This document shows positions 37,483 through 39,863 of a stretch of DNA of 39,863 bases, in pieces. The stretch comes from Candidatus Limnocylindrales bacterium (GTDB lineage: Bacteria > Chloroflexota > Limnocylindria > Limnocylindrales > CSP1-4), in the NCBI GenBank assembly GCA_046704485.1, contig JBJKRU010000229.1, forward strand, positions 1 through 39,863. The letters run 5' to 3'. The position numbers and the translations under genes were made by a program. Below the pieces are notes generated by a model, which was not told where the DNA came from, did not search any database, and saw only the letters and a program-made list of their open reading frames with translations. The first letter of the stretch is position 1. Each line of letters opens with the position of its first letter.

Positions 37483-37586
37483 CCTCCGACCTTACGCGAT
37501 CCTGGGCTGCGGCCCCGTTCCAGCAGCTGCTGTCGCGGCTTGCGTCGACGTGGCAGAAGCGGCTCCGGCGCCGGGTGCCAACCCTG

Positions 37587-37626
37587 TGGGGACTGCATGA
37601 GCCAGTTGGGGACTGCACGAGCCAGT
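37587..37626. repeat. 20-bp tandem direct repeat (2 copies) in a divergent intergenic region
   Basis: TGGGGACTGCA(T/C)GAGCCAGT at 37587 and 37607. Confidence 0.85.
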
Positions 37627-37785
37627 GGGCTGGAGGGCTGGTTCCGCGCATCCCGAGCTCAGCCGGCGTGAGGCGAGCCGAGCCGGAATGTCGCGCGGTC
37701 GAAACCCGGGGAGATCATCCAGCGGCATTCCAGCAAGGGTCGTCTCCGAGCATGGGAGGTCCACAGCTCCTAAGGAGGTGCAGCG

Positions 37786-38043
37786 ATGCGCATGACTGTG
37801 AGGCAGTGCATGCGGTGCGGTCGAGACGATCTTCGCGAGCGCTGGCCGTCGATGGACGAGGCGATCGAGGCAGGGGCGCTGAGCAATCCGTGGACCTGTC
37901 CTGTCTGTGCGTGGACGGAAGCCGACCTTGTGGAGGTGACCGCCGACGCAGACGCCGATAACGTGATGTCCGAATCGAGCAGTGAGGACGACACGCGACG
38001 CGAAGTGGACGCTGGGCTGCGGTATCGATACCCGCACGCCTGA
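37786..38043 (+). CDS. small Zn-ribbon-like protein (85 aa)
   Basis: TAAGGAGGT RBS, CMRC...WTCPVC and an acidic tail. Confidence 0.75.
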   Translation: MRMTVRQCMRCGRDDLRERWPSMDEAIEAGALSNPWTCPVCAWTEADLVEVTADADADNVMSESSSEDDTRREVDAGLRYRYPHA

Positions 38044-38150
38044 GCGACTCGCCGAAGGCTGGGGGCACCGGCTCCGGTTGATCGCTCCCGTTGACGTCTG
38101 CGGCATCTGAGCCGATTGACCAATCAGCTGCAGGGGCGCATCGTCCGCGC

Positions 38151-38492
38151 ATGCGCCCTGCCCACCGACCCACCGACCCCTACGCCGTCCTGGGTGTGGA
38201 GCCCGGCGCCACGGGCGTTCAGATCCGCCGCGCGTACCGTCGGCGGGCGCTCGAGATCCACCCCGATGTGGCCGGACACGACACCACCGCCGAGATGGCG
38301 GCCCTCAACGACGCCCGCGATCAGCTCCTCGCGCGCACGGCGGGCAGGCGGGCCCGGGGCGTCGAAACCGCCGCGGGCCCGGACCGGCCGCGCCCGCGGC
38401 GTCCGAAGGACGAGCCATCGTTCAGCCACGCCCCGACGTGGGACGACTACTGGGCGGCGTGGAACGATCCGCCGAGGCGGTCGCCCGACTGA
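38151..38492 (+). CDS. J-domain (DnaJ N-terminal domain) protein
   Basis: DPYAVLGV...IRRAYRRRALEIHPD...MAALNDA. Confidence 0.85.
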   Translation: MRPAHRPTDPYAVLGVEPGATGVQIRRAYRRRALEIHPDVAGHDTTAEMAALNDARDQLLARTAGRRARGVETAAGPDRPRPRRPKDEPSFSHAPTWDDYWAAWNDPPRRSPD

Positions 38493-38806
38493 CGCGACTG
38501 GCGAAGCCCGTGGGGCGCCGCCCCGTGATCCAGCCGTGCGTCCACGGTGGTGCCAGCACGCACCGGAGTTCGGCGGAAGACCTGTGCGCGGCGTCCTTTG
38601 CGGCCGCACAATCCCTCCCGCCGCTCGATCCGGACCTCCAGATCGGGTGAGCGCCCGGGGGCCGGCGATCGCGATCGATCGACGCATGGATGTGCCCCCA
38701 CGCGCCGTTCGCGTGGCCGCCGGCCCACCGGGTTGGCCGCACGCGGGCTGCCCGCGCGGCATGGATCCGGCCCCACGCTGAGGCGGTTCCGTGGCACGGT
38801 ATCGCA

Positions 38807-39526
38807 ATGGCCCGCGCTCGCATCACGCTGCCGCCCGAGACTGCGCTCTACGCGCCGGTGAAAGCGCTGCTCGAGGCGCAAGGCTACGAGGTCAAGGCCG
38901 AGGTCAACGGCTGTGATGTGGTCGCGGTCCGCGGCGACGAGCCGCCGCTGATTGTTGAGCTCAAGCGGACGTTCGGGCTCGGGCTGGTCCTGCAGGGGGT
39001 AGACCGCCTGGCGATGACGGACGCCGTCTACCTCGCCGTCGGGATGTGGCCGCCGAGGGTGGACGATGTCCGCCGCCTGCTTCGACGGGTAGGCCTCGGG
39101 CTCATCGTCGTGGCGCGGGGCCGCGCTGATATCGTGCTCGACCCGATCCCATACCAGCCCCGCCGCAATCGCCGCCGGACCGAGCGCCTGCTGCTTGAGC
39201 ACCAGCGGCGCATCGGCGACCCGAACACAGGCGGCGCGACGCGCCGGCCCGTCATGACCGCCTACCGCCAGGAGGCCGAGCGGTGCCTCAAGCACCTGAG
39301 CGAGGGCCCAGCCTCGCTGCTGGCGCTGCGGGCGGCGGGCGACGTGGCCCACGCGGCGACAATCCTGCGCGGCGACGTCTACGGCTGGTTCGAGCGCGTC
39401 GAGCGCGGTGTCTATCGCCTGACGCCGAAGGGCGAGCGGGCGCTTGCCGAGGCGGCCGCGCGGGACGGCGCGACCGCTCTCGACGAACCGGACGCCACCC
39501 CACCTCGCCGCACCTCTGGCCCCTGA
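38807..39526 (+). CDS. DUF2161 family putative PD-(D/E)XK protein
   Basis: ETALYAPVK..LE.QGYEVKAEV.GCD, IVELK, GDPN.GG, MTAYRQ.A and YGWFERV.RG.Y.LT. Confidence 0.85.
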   Translation: MARARITLPPETALYAPVKALLEAQGYEVKAEVNGCDVVAVRGDEPPLIVELKRTFGLGLVLQGVDRLAMTDAVYLAVGMWPPRVDDVRRLLRRVGLGLIVVARGRADIVLDPIPYQPRRNRRRTERLLLEHQRRIGDPNTGGATRRPVMTAYRQEAERCLKHLSEGPASLLALRAAGDVAHAATILRGDVYGWFERVERGVYRLTPKGERALAEAAARDGATALDEPDATPPRRTSGP

Positions 39527-39659
39527 TTGGTACCACCGGGTTACCGAGAGTACGGGTTGTCCGGAGCGCCCCTCACCCCGACACTCCCATCAGTAGCGAG
39601 CCGGACTGCACCGAAGTGCCCTCCACGCATCCCCCGGCGCGGACAAGAAGGAACCGACA

Positions 39660-39854
39660 ATGGCGTCAATGGCCGTCAACGACCTCGGGCCCATGCTCAC
39701 CGCGAGCGAAGTGGCCGAGATGCTCCACCTTCACGTCAACACCGTGAAGCGGCTCGGTGACCGCGGCGAGCTGCCGTACTACCGCGTCTGCAAGCGGGGC
39801 GACCGACGCTTCCGCCTTGAGGACGTGATGCAGTTCCTGGCCCGCAACCGCTGA
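39660..39854 (+). CDS. excisionase/BldC-like small HTH protein (64 aa)
   Basis: AAGGA RBS and MLTASEVAEMLHLHVNTVKR...GELP.YR...RGDRRFR.EDV. Confidence 0.85.
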   Translation: MASMAVNDLGPMLTASEVAEMLHLHVNTVKRLGDRGELPYYRVCKRGDRRFRLEDVMQFLARNR

Positions 39855-39863
39855 CCTGCGGTC

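Noticed and set aside
26204-38126. TTGACCAATCA occurring at both 26204 and 38116
   Set aside because: Only two 11-mer copies with no matching known spacing. It is suggestive but not enough to call an operator.
38492-38560. CGCGACTGGCG resembling the 5' part of a ZTP riboswitch
   Set aside because: The GGGGAGC segment and the downstream CGCCTGGGC hairpin are missing, and the gene context does not fit.

Overview
High-GC bacterial chromosomal window. The gene set and style suggest a Chloroflexota-like or Actinobacteria-like soil organism, which is an inference only. In order it holds: (1) a branched-chain 2-oxoacid dehydrogenase operon (E1a partial, E1b, E2) with lipA, interrupted by a small coupled ORF and a frameshifted HTH/PD-(D/E)XK nuclease gene followed by repeat arrays; (2) an adenosine-deaminase-family gene, a SufR-like regulator, a sortase, DUF1015 and an alpha/beta hydrolase lacking its catalytic Ser; (3) tRNA-Glu(CTC) and a DUF1611 + enolase-superfamily epimerase pair; (4) a DnaA-box-like cluster in front of a small unknown gene, and an orphan SPPY-type DNA methyltransferase; (5) an acetate and protein-acetylation module (GNAT-ACD acetyltransferase, AcuC-like deacetylase, SatP, tRNA-Arg(TCT), Acs); (6) a translationally coupled glycosylation operon (GT2, GT4, STT3-like GT-C, pyruvyl transferase, flippase-like protein) with small exported proteins, bracketed by a response regulator and a sensor kinase; (7) small genes for a Zn-ribbon, a J-domain, DUF2161 and a BldC/Xis-like HTH. 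I saw no CRISPR array, rRNA, integrase or transposase. All calls come from motif recognition by eye; no database search was run.
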